Assembly (NCBI GenBank): GCA_038212275.1
Contig: JBBQUR010000016.1
Coordinates: forward strand, 32,001 to 96,000
From: Planctomycetota bacterium
Lineage (GTDB): Bacteria; Planctomycetota; B15-G4
DNA: 64,000 bases
Direction of reading: 5' to 3'
The notes below the pieces were generated by a model. It saw nothing but the letters and a program-made list of their open reading frames with translations. It was not told where the DNA came from and ran no database searches. Shown here piece by piece: positions 54,575 to 64,000 of the stretch (the stretch's first letter is position 1; every line of letters begins with the position of its first letter). Both the position numbers and the translations under genes were made by a program.

Positions 54575-57183
54575 ACAACCAGCACAAGCCTTCGAAGCCG
54601 CAGGCCGAGGCGCAGCCGCTCGAAGCGCGTGACCTCGCCGAGGCGCGCCTCACCGCATACGCCCTGGGAGAACTGGAAGGAGCGGAGCACGCTGCCGACC
54701 GCGCGGTCGTCGTGGCGCTGCTGGAGAGCGATCCGGCCGCCGCGCGCTCGGTGGCGGAGATCCGCGAGCTGGCCGTCGTGCTCACGACGGACCTCGTGGC
54801 GGAAGCGGCCCAGGCCGCGCCCGCTGCCGGCCTCACCGCCGAGCAACGCCGTGCGATCGAGGCCGCGCTGCCGCGCGAAACCTCAGCCGGCGCGACGCCC
54901 ACTGCTTTCGCCGCGCCCGCCGGCGCCACGCGCGGCTTTCCTCGCTGGCTGCGCTTCGTGCCCGCGCTGGCAGCCGCCGCACTCATCGCAGTGCTCGTGT
55001 GGCGGCATCCCCTGGCACCTGGTGAGGCCAGCTCCGGAGCGAACAAGGACCTCGGTCCCGTGGCCGCCAACGAGAGGAAGCGGCCAGCCGACACGGCTGA
55101 GACGGCTCGCGATGCTCTGAGCGCTCTCGGCTACCTCGGCTCGCCACGGGCGAGCGGAAGCAGCAGGACCGACGGCGCCGCGTCACCCGTCAGTTCGGCC
55201 CCGGCAGGCGCCCTGCTCGCACGCGAAGGTGCGACGGCGAAGCGCGCGGGAAGCGACTCGGAGACCATCATTGAGGAGCCGTCGAGTGATGATGACCTCG
55301 GCGGCTTGACGAGTGCGGACATCCAGTTGCTCAGTGCTCTCGGCTACGACGGCGGCCTCTCGGGAGGCGGATCCTCTGCAGGTCAGCAGGTCGCGGTGGT
55401 GGATGCCTCGACCAGCGCGCTGGCGTTCGGCGCGGCGGGCGCGGCGGCGGCTGCCGCTCCGGCGCCCCCGTCTTCGGCTTCGCCATTCACTTACGACCTC
55501 TTCGGGTCTCCGCGTGGCAATGCCGACTCCGACTCCATGGACACGGACGAGGTCGACGAAGGCGAGGCGCCGCTGAACGCGTTGCGCCACGGTCTCGACG
55601 ACCGCAACCGCGATCACGGCTACCGCTACTTCCGCACGGCGCCGGGCGGCGAGGGGTATCAGCCCATCGTCGAGAGCGGCTTCCAGTCGCCGCTCGTCGC
55701 GCCGCGCTCCACCTTCTCCGTGGACGTGGACACGGCGAGCTACGCGAACGTGCGCCGCTTCCTCAACGCGGGGCAGCTCCCGCCTGCGGATGCCGTGCGC
55801 CTCGAGGAGCTGATCAACTACTTCCACTACGAGTACCCGCAGCCGGACGGCGAACACCCGTTCTCGGTGAGCGCGGAGGTCACGAGCTGCCCGTGGGCGG
55901 AGAGTCACCGCCTCGTGCGCCTCGGGCTGCAGGGCCGCACCGTGCCGCAGGCCGAGCGCGCGCCAAGCAACCTCGTCTTCCTGGTGGACGTGTCGGGCTC
56001 GATGGACAGCCCCGACAAGCTGCCTCTCGTGCAGGCCTCGCTGCGGCTGCTGGTCGGCAAGCTGGATGCGCGCGATCGCATCGCGCTGGTCACCTACGCC
56101 GGCAATGCGGGCCTCGTGCTCGACTCCACGAGCTGCGAGCAGAAGCAGGTCGTGCTCGATGCGCTGGACCGCTTGAAGGCCGGCGGCTCCACCGCGGGCG
56201 GCGCGGGCATCGCGCTGGCCTACCAGGTCGCGTCGCAGCACTTCATCAAGGGCGGCACGAACCGCGTCATCCTCGCGACGGACGGCGACTTCAACGTCGG
56301 CGCGACCTCGCGCGAGGCGCTGCAGTCGCTCATCGAGACGGCCGCGAAGAGCGGCGTGTTCCTCACGGTGCTCGGCTACGGCACCGGCAATCTGCAGGAC
56401 GGCACGGCCGAACTGCTCGCGGACAAGGGCAACGGCAACTACGCCTACATCGATTCGCTGGGCGAGGCGCAGAAGGTGCTCGTGCAACAGATGGGCGGCA
56501 CCCTCATCACCATCGCCAAGGACGTGAAGCTGCAGGTCGAGTTCAACCCGGGGCGCGTCGCCGCCTACCGGCTGCTCGGCTACGAGAATCGCGCGCTGGC
56601 GACACGCGACTTCAACGATGACGGGAAGGACGCTGGCGAGATCGGCTCCGGCCACAGCGTGACCGCGCTGTACGAGGTCATCCCGGTGGGGGCCGCCGAC
56701 GCGCCGGCGCCGGACGCGCTGCGCTACCAGAGCGAAGCCGAGGTGCCCGCCGCCGCCGCGCCTGTGCTCAACGACAGCCCGGAACTGCTCTACGTCGCGC
56801 TGCGCTACAAGCAGCCCGCCGCAGACTCCAGCGTGCTGCTTGGCCAGCCGGTGATCGACGGCGGCGAGCGACTCGGCGACACCGACCGCCGCGCCGCCGC
56901 GGACGCTGGCGACACCGGCACCGGCGCGGCCGGCGCAGAAGGTGCGACCGGCGCGGATCATGGTCCGCGCTCCGCCCAGGCCGTCGCCGACCTGCACTTC
57001 GTCGCCGCCGTCGCGGAGTTCGGCATGCTTCTGCGCCACAGCGGCAACGCCGGTAGCGCGACGTGGGAGAGCGTGCGCGCGCTGGCGGAAGCCGGCCGCG
57101 GCGCGGACCGCGACGGCTACCGCGCGGAATTCCTCCGCCTCGTCGGCATCGCGCAGAGCCTGCAGTCTCCGTCTCCCCGCTGA
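54571..57183 (+). CDS. YfbK-type vWA protein with N-terminal anti-sigma-like segment and TM helix
   Basis: RLTAYALGEL, TM helix, STFSVDVDTASY, MIDAS DVSGSM, ATDGDFNVG, TIAKDVKLQVEFNP, DFNDDGKDAGEIG; ATGA overlap with the sigma gene. Confidence 0.92.
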   Translation: MNNQHKPSKPQAEAQPLEARDLAEARLTAYALGELEGAEHAADRAVVVALLESDPAAARSVAEIRELAVVLTTDLVAEAAQAAPAAGLTAEQRRAIEAALPRETSAGATPTAFAAPAGATRGFPRWLRFVPALAAAALIAVLVWRHPLAPGEASSGANKDLGPVAANERKRPADTAETARDALSALGYLGSPRASGSSRTDGAASPVSSAPAGALLAREGATAKRAGSDSETIIEEPSSDDDLGGLTSADIQLLSALGYDGGLSGGGSSAGQQVAVVDASTSALAFGAAGAAAAAAPAPPSSASPFTYDLFGSPRGNADSDSMDTDEVDEGEAPLNALRHGLDDRNRDHGYRYFRTAPGGEGYQPIVESGFQSPLVAPRSTFSVDVDTASYANVRRFLNAGQLPPADAVRLEELINYFHYEYPQPDGEHPFSVSAEVTSCPWAESHRLVRLGLQGRTVPQAERAPSNLVFLVDVSGSMDSPDKLPLVQASLRLLVGKLDARDRIALVTYAGNAGLVLDSTSCEQKQVVLDALDRLKAGGSTAGGAGIALAYQVASQHFIKGGTNRVILATDGDFNVGATSREALQSLIETAAKSGVFLTVLGYGTGNLQDGTAELLADKGNGNYAYIDSLGEAQKVLVQQMGGTLITIAKDVKLQVEFNPGRVAAYRLLGYENRALATRDFNDDGKDAGEIGSGHSVTALYEVIPVGAADAPAPDALRYQSEAEVPAAAAPVLNDSPELLYVALRYKQPAADSSVLLGQPVIDGGERLGDTDRRAAADAGDTGTGAAGAEGATGADHGPRSAQAVADLHFVAAVAEFGMLLRHSGNAGSATWESVRALAEAGRGADRDGYRAEFLRLVGIAQSLQSPSPR

Positions 57184-57213
57184 CCGGCTTCGGCACGCCC
57201 GACGGCCGCGCCG

Positions 57214-57336
57214 TCGACCCGGCAAGCGAGGCGCGCTAAGGTGGCGCCCGCGAACGGGCGACTCGGAGGCTGCGGGCGATGGAAGCGGCGGGCAGGCGAC
57301 TCGGGCTGCTGCTTGGCGCGGGGGCGCTGATCGTCG
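57214..57336. repeat. 123-bp perfect direct repeat, copy 1
   Basis: Identical to 60314-60436 (offset 3100); covers the upstream region, RBS and first 19 codons. Confidence 0.93.
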
Positions 57337-60290
57337 GTTTGCTCCTCTGGTTGCTGATGCGCGGTGATGCGGTGCAGCGCGACGATGCGCCGATTGCGGT
57401 GCTGAAGGGCGACCGTGCGGACGTTGCCGCCACGTCGCCGGCAGTGCCGGCTCCCCGCGCACCAAGCGGCACACCGGAGTCGCTCGTTGTGGCTGCGCCG
57501 CACGCACCCTCGGATGAGCCTGCCGACGCCGCGGCCGACGCCTTGCCCGGCGCGGCAGCGCTGTTCACCGGCCGCGTCGTGGACGAGCGCGGCGCGCCGA
57601 TCGCGGACGCGATCGTGTGGCACGTGCCGACGCGCACGCTGCGTCGCCCGCTCGGCTTCGTGACGGGACGCTCGGGCATCGACCTCGCGTGGGAGCTGCT
57701 GCCGCAGACCTCCACCGACGCCGAGGGCCGGTTCTCGTTCACGTCGCGCGAACTCGCGCGCGACCCGGAGGCATCGCCGGATCCCGCACGCGAGGGATAT
57801 CTGCATGGCGTCTACGGCGGTGACCTCCCCGGGCTCGTGGTGCGCCATCCCGCCTTCGCGATCGTCGTGCATCCCTGCGCGTCGTTTCGTTCTGCCGCCT
57901 ACGACGCGGGTGACATCGTGCTGTCGCCGGGCGGCGAGCTGACCGGGCGCCTGCTGTCCACGGAAGGTGGTGTCGTGGTCGAGGCGAGCGTCGGCCCCTC
58001 CCGCACGGGCTTCGCGGACACGCTGCCCCGATACGGAGACTTCTACGTCGCGCGCCACTTCCTGCAGGTGCTCTCCGGCGCGGACGGCCGGTTTCTCGTC
58101 GGGAGTTTGTGGCCTGGACAAGTGGAGCTTGAAGTTCAGCACGGCGACTTCGTGCCGCTGACGGACCGCGCCACGAGCACGGCCGGCGAGGTCTTTGATC
58201 TCGGCGATCTCGAACTCGAGCCGGCACGCCACATCCGCGGCATCGTTCTCGACGTGGAGGGACAGCCCCTGCGCGGCGCCCTGCTGCTGGCGCGCGGCTC
58301 CGCGCAGCGCATGGAGGCGATATTCGGCGGGGCCGACCCGCTGCAGCAGGAGATCGGCAGCAGTTCGAACAACCCCGGCAAGCACGAAGTCCGCCTGACG
58401 GCCGACGCGGACGGCGCCTTCGATCTCGGCACGCTCAACCAGACCTACTACGACGTCTTCGCGGATCTGCCCGGGCACGAGGCGACCTGCGCGCGCGACG
58501 TGCAGGCGGGCACGGACGACGTCGTGCTGCGCCTCGCTCGCGAGGCGACACTGCTGCTCAGCGTCGTCGCTGCCTCCGATCGCGCACCGCTCGCCGGCGC
58601 GACCGCGCGCGCTTGGCGCCTCAGCGACGTCAAGAGCATCTTCGGCGGGAGCTTGGGCAGCGAGATCCAGGTGGTTGCGGGTCGCGAGGCCGCGGCGGCG
58701 GCCGGATTGCCCGGCGACGGCGTCGGCCTGCTCCTCGTGCAGCGCGCCGGTGACGATGGCACGGATGTCGTGGTGTCCGCACCTGGCCACGCGACGACGG
58801 GCTTCGCGCTGCCAGGCGTGCGCCCGGGCCAGCGGCTCGAGCGCACGCTGGACCTCGCGCGCGAAGCGGTGCTTGAAGGTCGCGTGCAGAACGCCGCGCA
58901 CGAGCCCATCGCCGGCGCGAGCGTCACGCTGTCACGGCCCGCGGACGCGGGCCTCGAACTTCCCGCGCGCACCGCCACCTCGGATGCGGAGGGCCGCTTC
59001 CGCCTGGATGCGTTGCTGCCCGGCACGTGGTCGCTTTGGGCGGGCGCAAAGGACTACCTGGAAGCGCGTCCGACTCCGCTGACGGTGACCGACGCCGCGG
59101 AGCAGCCGGAGGCCGTCATCACGCTGCTGCGCGGCGCTGCGCTGAAGGGGCTGCTGCTCGATGCCGACGGCGCGCCCGCGGCGGACGTGACCCTCGAGCT
59201 CACGATCACGAGCGGCGACTGGGCAGGCAGGCAGGTTCAGGCGACCAGCAGCAGCAGCGGCCGCTTCTCGTGGGAGGGACTCCCGCCGGGCCCCGTGATC
59301 GTTCGCGCATGGCCGGGGGTTGAGGCTGACCTCACGCTCGTCGCCGGCGAGACGGCGGAGGTCACGCTCGCGCTGCGCCACCAGCCCGCGATCCGCGGTC
59401 GCGTGACACGCGGCGGGCAGCCCGTCGGCATGGCAAAGGTCGTGGCGGTGCTTGTGAAGGCAGCGCCGTCGCCGCCCACGGCGCCCTCGTTCTTCCACAG
59501 CGGCGACGGGAGCAGGCATGCCGGCACGACGGCCACCGGCGAGTACGAGCTGTCGACCACGACGCACGGCAGCTTTTTCGTGCAGGCGCAGGCCGGCAGG
59601 ACACGGAGCCGGGCGGTCATGGTGACTGCAGATTGGGATCGCGAGGCGTTCGCGGATCTCGACTTCGGAAGCGCGCGGATCGCGGGCCTCGTCACGGACG
59701 CGCGCACGGCGCAGCCCATCGCCGGCGCCGAACTCGGCTTGCACGATCGGGCGATCGACGCGGAGGGCGCACTCGCGGGTTTCAAGCGCGGCGCAGAGCT
59801 TGATCAGACCGCCACGACGGACGCGGAGGGCCGCTTCGCCTTCGAGCAACTGCAGCCCGGCGCCTTCGTCGTGAAAGTGCGCGCCACGGGTTACGCGGAC
59901 GCGTCGCACGAGGTGCAGCTCGCCGCGGACGACACGCTGACTCTCGATGGCGCTGCGTCCGCGGGCCTCGTCTTCGCGCTGGAGCCAGGAGTCCGCCTCA
60001 AGGGCACGCTGCGCATGGCCAGCGGCAAGCTGCTGTACCCGGACCTCTGCATCGGCCTGGAAACGGCCGGCCACCCCGCGCAGAAGAATTACATGCAGCT
60101 CAGCGCCGCAGCGCCTTCAGTGAAGTGGACCTGGTCGATGCCCCTCGCTCCCGGCCCCTGCACCTTGAAGGTCTGGCGTGCCATCTCGACATCCGTCGGT
60201 GATCTCGCCGAGAAGGACGTGCTCGTCACCGCGTCCGCGTCGCTCGTCGCCGGCGAGACGCGTGTGGTGGACCTCGTCATCTTCGACTGA
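57279..60290 (+). CDS. Membrane-anchored carboxypeptidase-regulatory-like repeat protein
   Basis: N-terminal TM; repeated GRVVDERGAPIADA...TDAEGRF...LxPG modules. Confidence 0.88.
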   Translation: MEAAGRRLGLLLGAGALIVGLLLWLLMRGDAVQRDDAPIAVLKGDRADVAATSPAVPAPRAPSGTPESLVVAAPHAPSDEPADAAADALPGAAALFTGRVVDERGAPIADAIVWHVPTRTLRRPLGFVTGRSGIDLAWELLPQTSTDAEGRFSFTSRELARDPEASPDPAREGYLHGVYGGDLPGLVVRHPAFAIVVHPCASFRSAAYDAGDIVLSPGGELTGRLLSTEGGVVVEASVGPSRTGFADTLPRYGDFYVARHFLQVLSGADGRFLVGSLWPGQVELEVQHGDFVPLTDRATSTAGEVFDLGDLELEPARHIRGIVLDVEGQPLRGALLLARGSAQRMEAIFGGADPLQQEIGSSSNNPGKHEVRLTADADGAFDLGTLNQTYYDVFADLPGHEATCARDVQAGTDDVVLRLAREATLLLSVVAASDRAPLAGATARAWRLSDVKSIFGGSLGSEIQVVAGREAAAAAGLPGDGVGLLLVQRAGDDGTDVVVSAPGHATTGFALPGVRPGQRLERTLDLAREAVLEGRVQNAAHEPIAGASVTLSRPADAGLELPARTATSDAEGRFRLDALLPGTWSLWAGAKDYLEARPTPLTVTDAAEQPEAVITLLRGAALKGLLLDADGAPAADVTLELTITSGDWAGRQVQATSSSSGRFSWEGLPPGPVIVRAWPGVEADLTLVAGETAEVTLALRHQPAIRGRVTRGGQPVGMAKVVAVLVKAAPSPPTAPSFFHSGDGSRHAGTTATGEYELSTTTHGSFFVQAQAGRTRSRAVMVTADWDREAFADLDFGSARIAGLVTDARTAQPIAGAELGLHDRAIDAEGALAGFKRGAELDQTATTDAEGRFAFEQLQPGAFVVKVRATGYADASHEVQLAADDTLTLDGAASAGLVFALEPGVRLKGTLRMASGKLLYPDLCIGLETAGHPAQKNYMQLSAAAPSVKWTWSMPLAPGPCTLKVWRAISTSVGDLAEKDVLVTASASLVAGETRVVDLVIFD

Positions 60291-60313
60291 GCCACGCCGA
60301 TGTGCGCCGACCA

Positions 60314-60436
60314 TCGACCCGGCAAGCGAGGCGCGCTAAGGTGGCGCCCGCGAACGGGCGACTCGGAGGCTGCGGGCGATGGAAGCGGCGGGCAGGCGAC
60401 TCGGGCTGCTGCTTGGCGCGGGGGCGCTGATCGTCG
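60314..60436. repeat. 123-bp perfect direct repeat, copy 2
   Basis: Identical to 57214-57336. Confidence 0.93.
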
Positions 60437-60933
60437 CCGCCGCCGCGCAGGCCGCGCTGCCCGGCGTCGAGGCGCTGTTCACCGGGCGCGTCGTGGACGA
60501 GCGCGGCGCGCCGGTCGCCGGCGCCGTCATCACCCACGTGCCGGCCTGCAAGCTGCGCAAGGAACTGGGCCTCATCACCGAGCTGTTCAAGGGCACGCTG
60601 GCCTGGGACAAGCTGCTGCAGGTCCTGCACGGGGATTTCGTGCCGGCTTGCTTCAAGACCAGCACGCGCGTCGGCGAGACGACCGACGCGGGCGATGTGA
60701 CTCTGGCACGCGGCGACGGTATTCGCGGCGTCGTGCTGGACAGCGGGGGCCGGCCGGTCGCGGGCACCGATATCCTGGTGCGCGCTTCGGGCCTCGGCGT
60801 CGGCAGCGGCGTCGATGGCTCCGTCCTCATGGAGCTGAAGATGAGCGTCCGTCCGCGCGGCCTCCGCGAGGTGCGCACGCGCACCGGAGCTGCCGGCGAG
60901 AAGAAGGTCTTGGAGCTTGTCATCGATGCCTAG
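60379..60933 (+). CDS. Internally deleted miniature paralog of 57279..60290 (184 aa; possibly a pseudogene)
   Basis: Same start, collinear fragments and an equivalent C-terminus (AGEKKVLELVIDA versus AGETRVVDLVIFD). Confidence 0.65.
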   Translation: MEAAGRRLGLLLGAGALIVAAAAQAALPGVEALFTGRVVDERGAPVAGAVITHVPACKLRKELGLITELFKGTLAWDKLLQVLHGDFVPACFKTSTRVGETTDAGDVTLARGDGIRGVVLDSGGRPVAGTDILVRASGLGVGSGVDGSVLMELKMSVRPRGLREVRTRTGAAGEKKVLELVIDA

Positions 60934-63900
60934 GCGCAGGGCACACGCCGCACACGTGCGCTGGCCCGTGGTCCTCGCGACGGTCGCGGCGGGAGCCGTG
61001 CTGCTCGCGCTCGTGCTCGTGCTGATGCAGGCAGAGCGTGAAGCCGAGGCGCCGGCGACCGCGGTGCTCGCGGCGCCGCGCGCGGCATTGGTCGACCGCG
61101 GTCTCGTCGCGAGCGGCGGGGCTGCGAACGGCGCGGCCGCGACGCAACCGCTCCCGGCAACGCCTGAGCTGAACGCGGACGGCACGCCCGTCGCGGAGGG
61201 CGCCCCGGTCGCTGCCGCCGTCGCGTCGGACGGCACCGTCGAGGCCGCGTTCACCGGGCGCGTCGTCAACGATGCCGGCCAGCCTGTCGCCGGCGCGTTC
61301 GTGCGGCACGTGCCGGTCAGCCAGCTGCGCGACACGCTGGAGCTTGTCGCCGACAAGCGCACGGGTGAGCTGCGCTGGGAGCAGTTCGCGAGCACGACCA
61401 CGGATGCCGAGGGGCGCTTCACGCTGCCGACGCGCGAGCTGCCGCGCGAGTTGCCGGAAGCCGTCGAGGGCGAGGCCGGCGAGGCCGGCGAGGACGGCGC
61501 CGCCGCGGGCGAGTCCGAAGAGGCGCAGGTCATGCGGATGCTCCGCGGCACCGTGTTCACCTCGCACGGGTCGATCCGGCAGGCGTCCGGCCTCGGCTAC
61601 TTCGGCAGCCAGAATTCGTGGAACTTCGGCGGGAGCTCCGACGAGGGGGACGGCGCGCTCCCCGAAGCGCCCGTGCTCGTGGTGTCGCACGCGGGCTACG
61701 CGCTGGCCGCGCTGACGTGCAAGGACTTCCGTCGCGGCGAGTGCGCGGTGGGGGACGTCACGCTGCGGCCCGGCGCGGTGCTGGTCGGTCGCGTCACGGA
61801 TCCCGACGGGCGCGTCGTGCCGGGCGCGCGCGTCGGCCCGCCGCACGACGGCTGGGTGAGCACCGACACCGGGCATTGGGAACTGCTGCGCCAGTTGCTT
61901 CGCGCCGAGTCCGGCACGGACGGGCGCTTCCACCTGGAAGGCCTGTGGGCCGCGCAGTACGGCATCGAGGTCAGCCATCCCGACTTCGTGCCGACGCAGG
62001 AAAATCCGGAGTTGCCCGAAGGCGGCACGGCCGATCTCGGCGACGTGCGTCTGCAGCCGGGCCGCACGATCCGCGGTCGCGTGCTCGACGTGGACGGCAA
62101 GCCGCGCGGCGGCGCGGAGGTCATGGCGCGCCCGGCCTTCCTCAGCCCGGAAAACCCGGGCCTCGACACGCTGCTGCACGAGGCGAAGAGCGATTTGTCC
62201 AACCGCGGCTCGCATGAGGTGCACACGACGTCCGCCGCCGACGGCACGTTCCTGCTGAGCACGTTGAACCACGACTCCTACTCCGTGTTCGCGGACGCAC
62301 CGGATCGAGACCCGGCCTGCGAGCGCGACGTGCGCGCGGGCACGCAGGGCCTGCAGCTCCGGCTCTCCACGGCGGCCTCGCTGCTGCTCACCGTGGTGGA
62401 CGGCGCGACCGGCGCGCCGCTGCGCGACGTGGAGGCCAGTGCGATCCGTCGTTCGCGCCACGATGGCGGCGGCCCGACGCAACTCGACCCGATGCTCGAT
62501 GTGCTCGTCGGCGCCGACGCGCTGGAAGAAGTGCGCGCGCGCCGCGAGGCCTCCGGCATCGCAGCGGATCCGCCCACGGTGCCAGAGCCCGGTGCCGCGC
62601 CTGTCGCCGATGCCGCCCATGCCGCCGATGCCGCCGATGCCGCCGATGCGGGCGCCGGCCTGATCCTGGTGAAGCGCGCCGGCGCGTTGCGCACCGACGT
62701 CATCGTCTCCGCGCCGGGGCACGCGACGCGCGGCTTCGTGCAGCCCGGCGTGCCGGCCGGCGAACAGCTCGAGCGCACGCTGAAGCTGTGGACCGAGTCG
62801 GTCATCGCCGGCCGCGTGCTCGATGCGGTCGGCCAGCCCATCGTCGGCGCGCAGGTCTCCGCCAGGCCGCCGGAGGACCTGCGCGTGCCGCTGGAGGGGC
62901 GCTTGGAAACCACGGGCGCGGACGGCAGCTTCCGCATCGGCTCGCTGGTCAACGGCGAGTGGCGTGTCTCCGCATTCAAGCGGGGCTTTCTCGCTGCCGA
63001 TGAGCGTCCGGTCTTCGTGCGCCGCGAGCAGGTGCGCGAGGGTGTGGACATCGTGCTTCAGGCGAGCGCGGTGCTCACCGGCCTCGTGCTCGACCCGGAC
63101 GGCGCGCCGGCCGTCGAGGTCTACGTGAACGTGAGCCAGGGCGAGGGCGATGACCAGATCGCGCAGGGCTGCCAGACCAATGCGCAGGGCCGCTTCCGCA
63201 TCGACACGCTGCTCCCCGGCGCCGCGAAAGTGCAGTGCTGGCCGGCGCTGCCGGTGACGCTTGCGCTCTCGTGCGCGCAACCGATCGACATCGTGCTGCG
63301 CCTGCGCGCGCGACCGAGCATCACCGGACGCGTCCTGGCCTCGGGCCAGCCCGTGCCCGGGGCGTCGGTCTGGGCGCGCGGCCAGAGCCGGGGCAGCACC
63401 CGCATCGAAGCGTCGGAGACCGGCACGTTCGAGCTGGATCTCTGGGATGCGGGCGAGTGGGTCGTGTTCGCGATGCCCGCCCCGCCCGCGCGTTCGGCAG
63501 CCACGCAGCCGGTGCTCGTCACCGTGGACTGGAACGGGCGCACGCAGGTGGACCTCGTGTTCAGCGGCGTCACCGTGTCCGGGCGGATCGTCGATGCGAT
63601 CAGCGGCCAGCCCGTGCCGGGAGCCTCCGCGGTGCTCACGGATCGCGTCGTTCCGAAGGGCAGCGCAGCTCCGTCCGTGCCGCAGTGGAAGCGGCGGCCG
63701 TCCGCTACGGCGATTGCCGACGCGGAAGGCCGCTTCCGCATCGAGTGGGCGCAACCCGGCGAGTGTTCGCTGACGGCGCGCGGTCCGCACAGCCGGATGG
63801 TCGAGCCGCTCGCGTTGACCGTCGGAACCGAGCCGCTGGCGGACCTCGAATTGGCGCTGCCGCAGGGTCAGGTGTTGCGCGGCACGCTGCACACCGCGAG

Positions 63901-64000
63901 CGGCGAACCGCTTCCGCCGGAGCTGCAGCTCTGTCTGGTGGCGGACGGAAGCGATAAGGCCTGGTACCTCGACTTCGATGAGGACGGAAACTGGGAGTGC
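60926..64000 (+). CDS. Carboxypeptidase-regulatory-like repeat protein, 3'-partial
   Basis: Not in the ORF track because it has no stop in the window. MPRRRAHAAHVRWPVVLATVAAGAVLLALVLVLM, then FTGRVVNDAGQPVAGA...TTDAEGRF; collinear with 57279..60290. Confidence 0.88.
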   Translation, partial: MPRRRAHAAHVRWPVVLATVAAGAVLLALVLVLMQAEREAEAPATAVLAAPRAALVDRGLVASGGAANGAAATQPLPATPELNADGTPVAEGAPVAAAVASDGTVEAAFTGRVVNDAGQPVAGAFVRHVPVSQLRDTLELVADKRTGELRWEQFASTTTDAEGRFTLPTRELPRELPEAVEGEAGEAGEDGAAAGESEEAQVMRMLRGTVFTSHGSIRQASGLGYFGSQNSWNFGGSSDEGDGALPEAPVLVVSHAGYALAALTCKDFRRGECAVGDVTLRPGAVLVGRVTDPDGRVVPGARVGPPHDGWVSTDTGHWELLRQLLRAESGTDGRFHLEGLWAAQYGIEVSHPDFVPTQENPELPEGGTADLGDVRLQPGRTIRGRVLDVDGKPRGGAEVMARPAFLSPENPGLDTLLHEAKSDLSNRGSHEVHTTSAADGTFLLSTLNHDSYSVFADAPDRDPACERDVRAGTQGLQLRLSTAASLLLTVVDGATGAPLRDVEASAIRRSRHDGGGPTQLDPMLDVLVGADALEEVRARREASGIAADPPTVPEPGAAPVADAAHAADAADAADAGAGLILVKRAGALRTDVIVSAPGHATRGFVQPGVPAGEQLERTLKLWTESVIAGRVLDAVGQPIVGAQVSARPPEDLRVPLEGRLETTGADGSFRIGSLVNGEWRVSAFKRGFLAADERPVFVRREQVREGVDIVLQASAVLTGLVLDPDGAPAVEVYVNVSQGEGDDQIAQGCQTNAQGRFRIDTLLPGAAKVQCWPALPVTLALSCAQPIDIVLRLRARPSITGRVLASGQPVPGASVWARGQSRGSTRIEASETGTFELDLWDAGEWVVFAMPAPPARSAATQPVLVTVDWNGRTQVDLVFSGVTVSGRIVDAISGQPVPGASAVLTDRVVPKGSAAPSVPQWKRRPSATAIADAEGRFRIEWAQPGECSLTARGPHSRMVEPLALTVGTEPLADLELALPQGQVLRGTLHTASGEPLPPELQLCLVADGSDKAWYLDFDEDGNWEC

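Noticed and set aside
57214..60436. 123-bp direct repeats as att sites or transposon ends
   Set aside because: No integrase or transposase; the repeat is the leader and 5' end of paralogous genes.
1..64000. rRNA, tRNA, phage or defence-system genes
   Set aside because: None recognised by eye; small structured RNAs cannot be excluded without covariance-model searches.

Overview
Very GC-rich bacterial chromosomal window, densely coding. I found no rRNA, tRNA, CRISPR array or intact mobile element. Gene content suggests a deep-branching Planctomycetota genome (inference). Core genes: 3' end of a DsbD-type reductase, folE, an 11-gene nuoABCDHIJKLMN complex I-like operon without nuoEFG, a CLC-F fluoride antiporter, topA, Leu/Phe/Val dehydrogenase, murJ, PlsC-like acyltransferase, acyl-CoA carboxylase beta and HMG-CoA lyase. 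Accessory genes: a tandemly duplicated pair of a small secreted protein plus a propeptide-less MMP-like matrixin, an M4/M36-like protease, two ECF sigma modules, a divergent radical SAM pair and three carboxypeptidase-regulatory-like repeat genes. Best leads: (1) the partner + matrixin pair as a possible trans-acting inhibitor/prodomain system; (2) a ~125-aa C-terminal module shared by four secreted proteins, a candidate sorting or anchoring domain; (3) an ECF sigma followed by an apparently inactive phosphoglycosyl-transferase fold with a possible anti-sigma-like tail; (4) a P-II protein with Cys at the Tyr51 position, coupled to XdhC; (5) a B12 radical SAM enzyme with an RRE-like tail opposite a SPASM/Twitch enzyme. 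All calls rest on motif recognition by eye; no database search was run.
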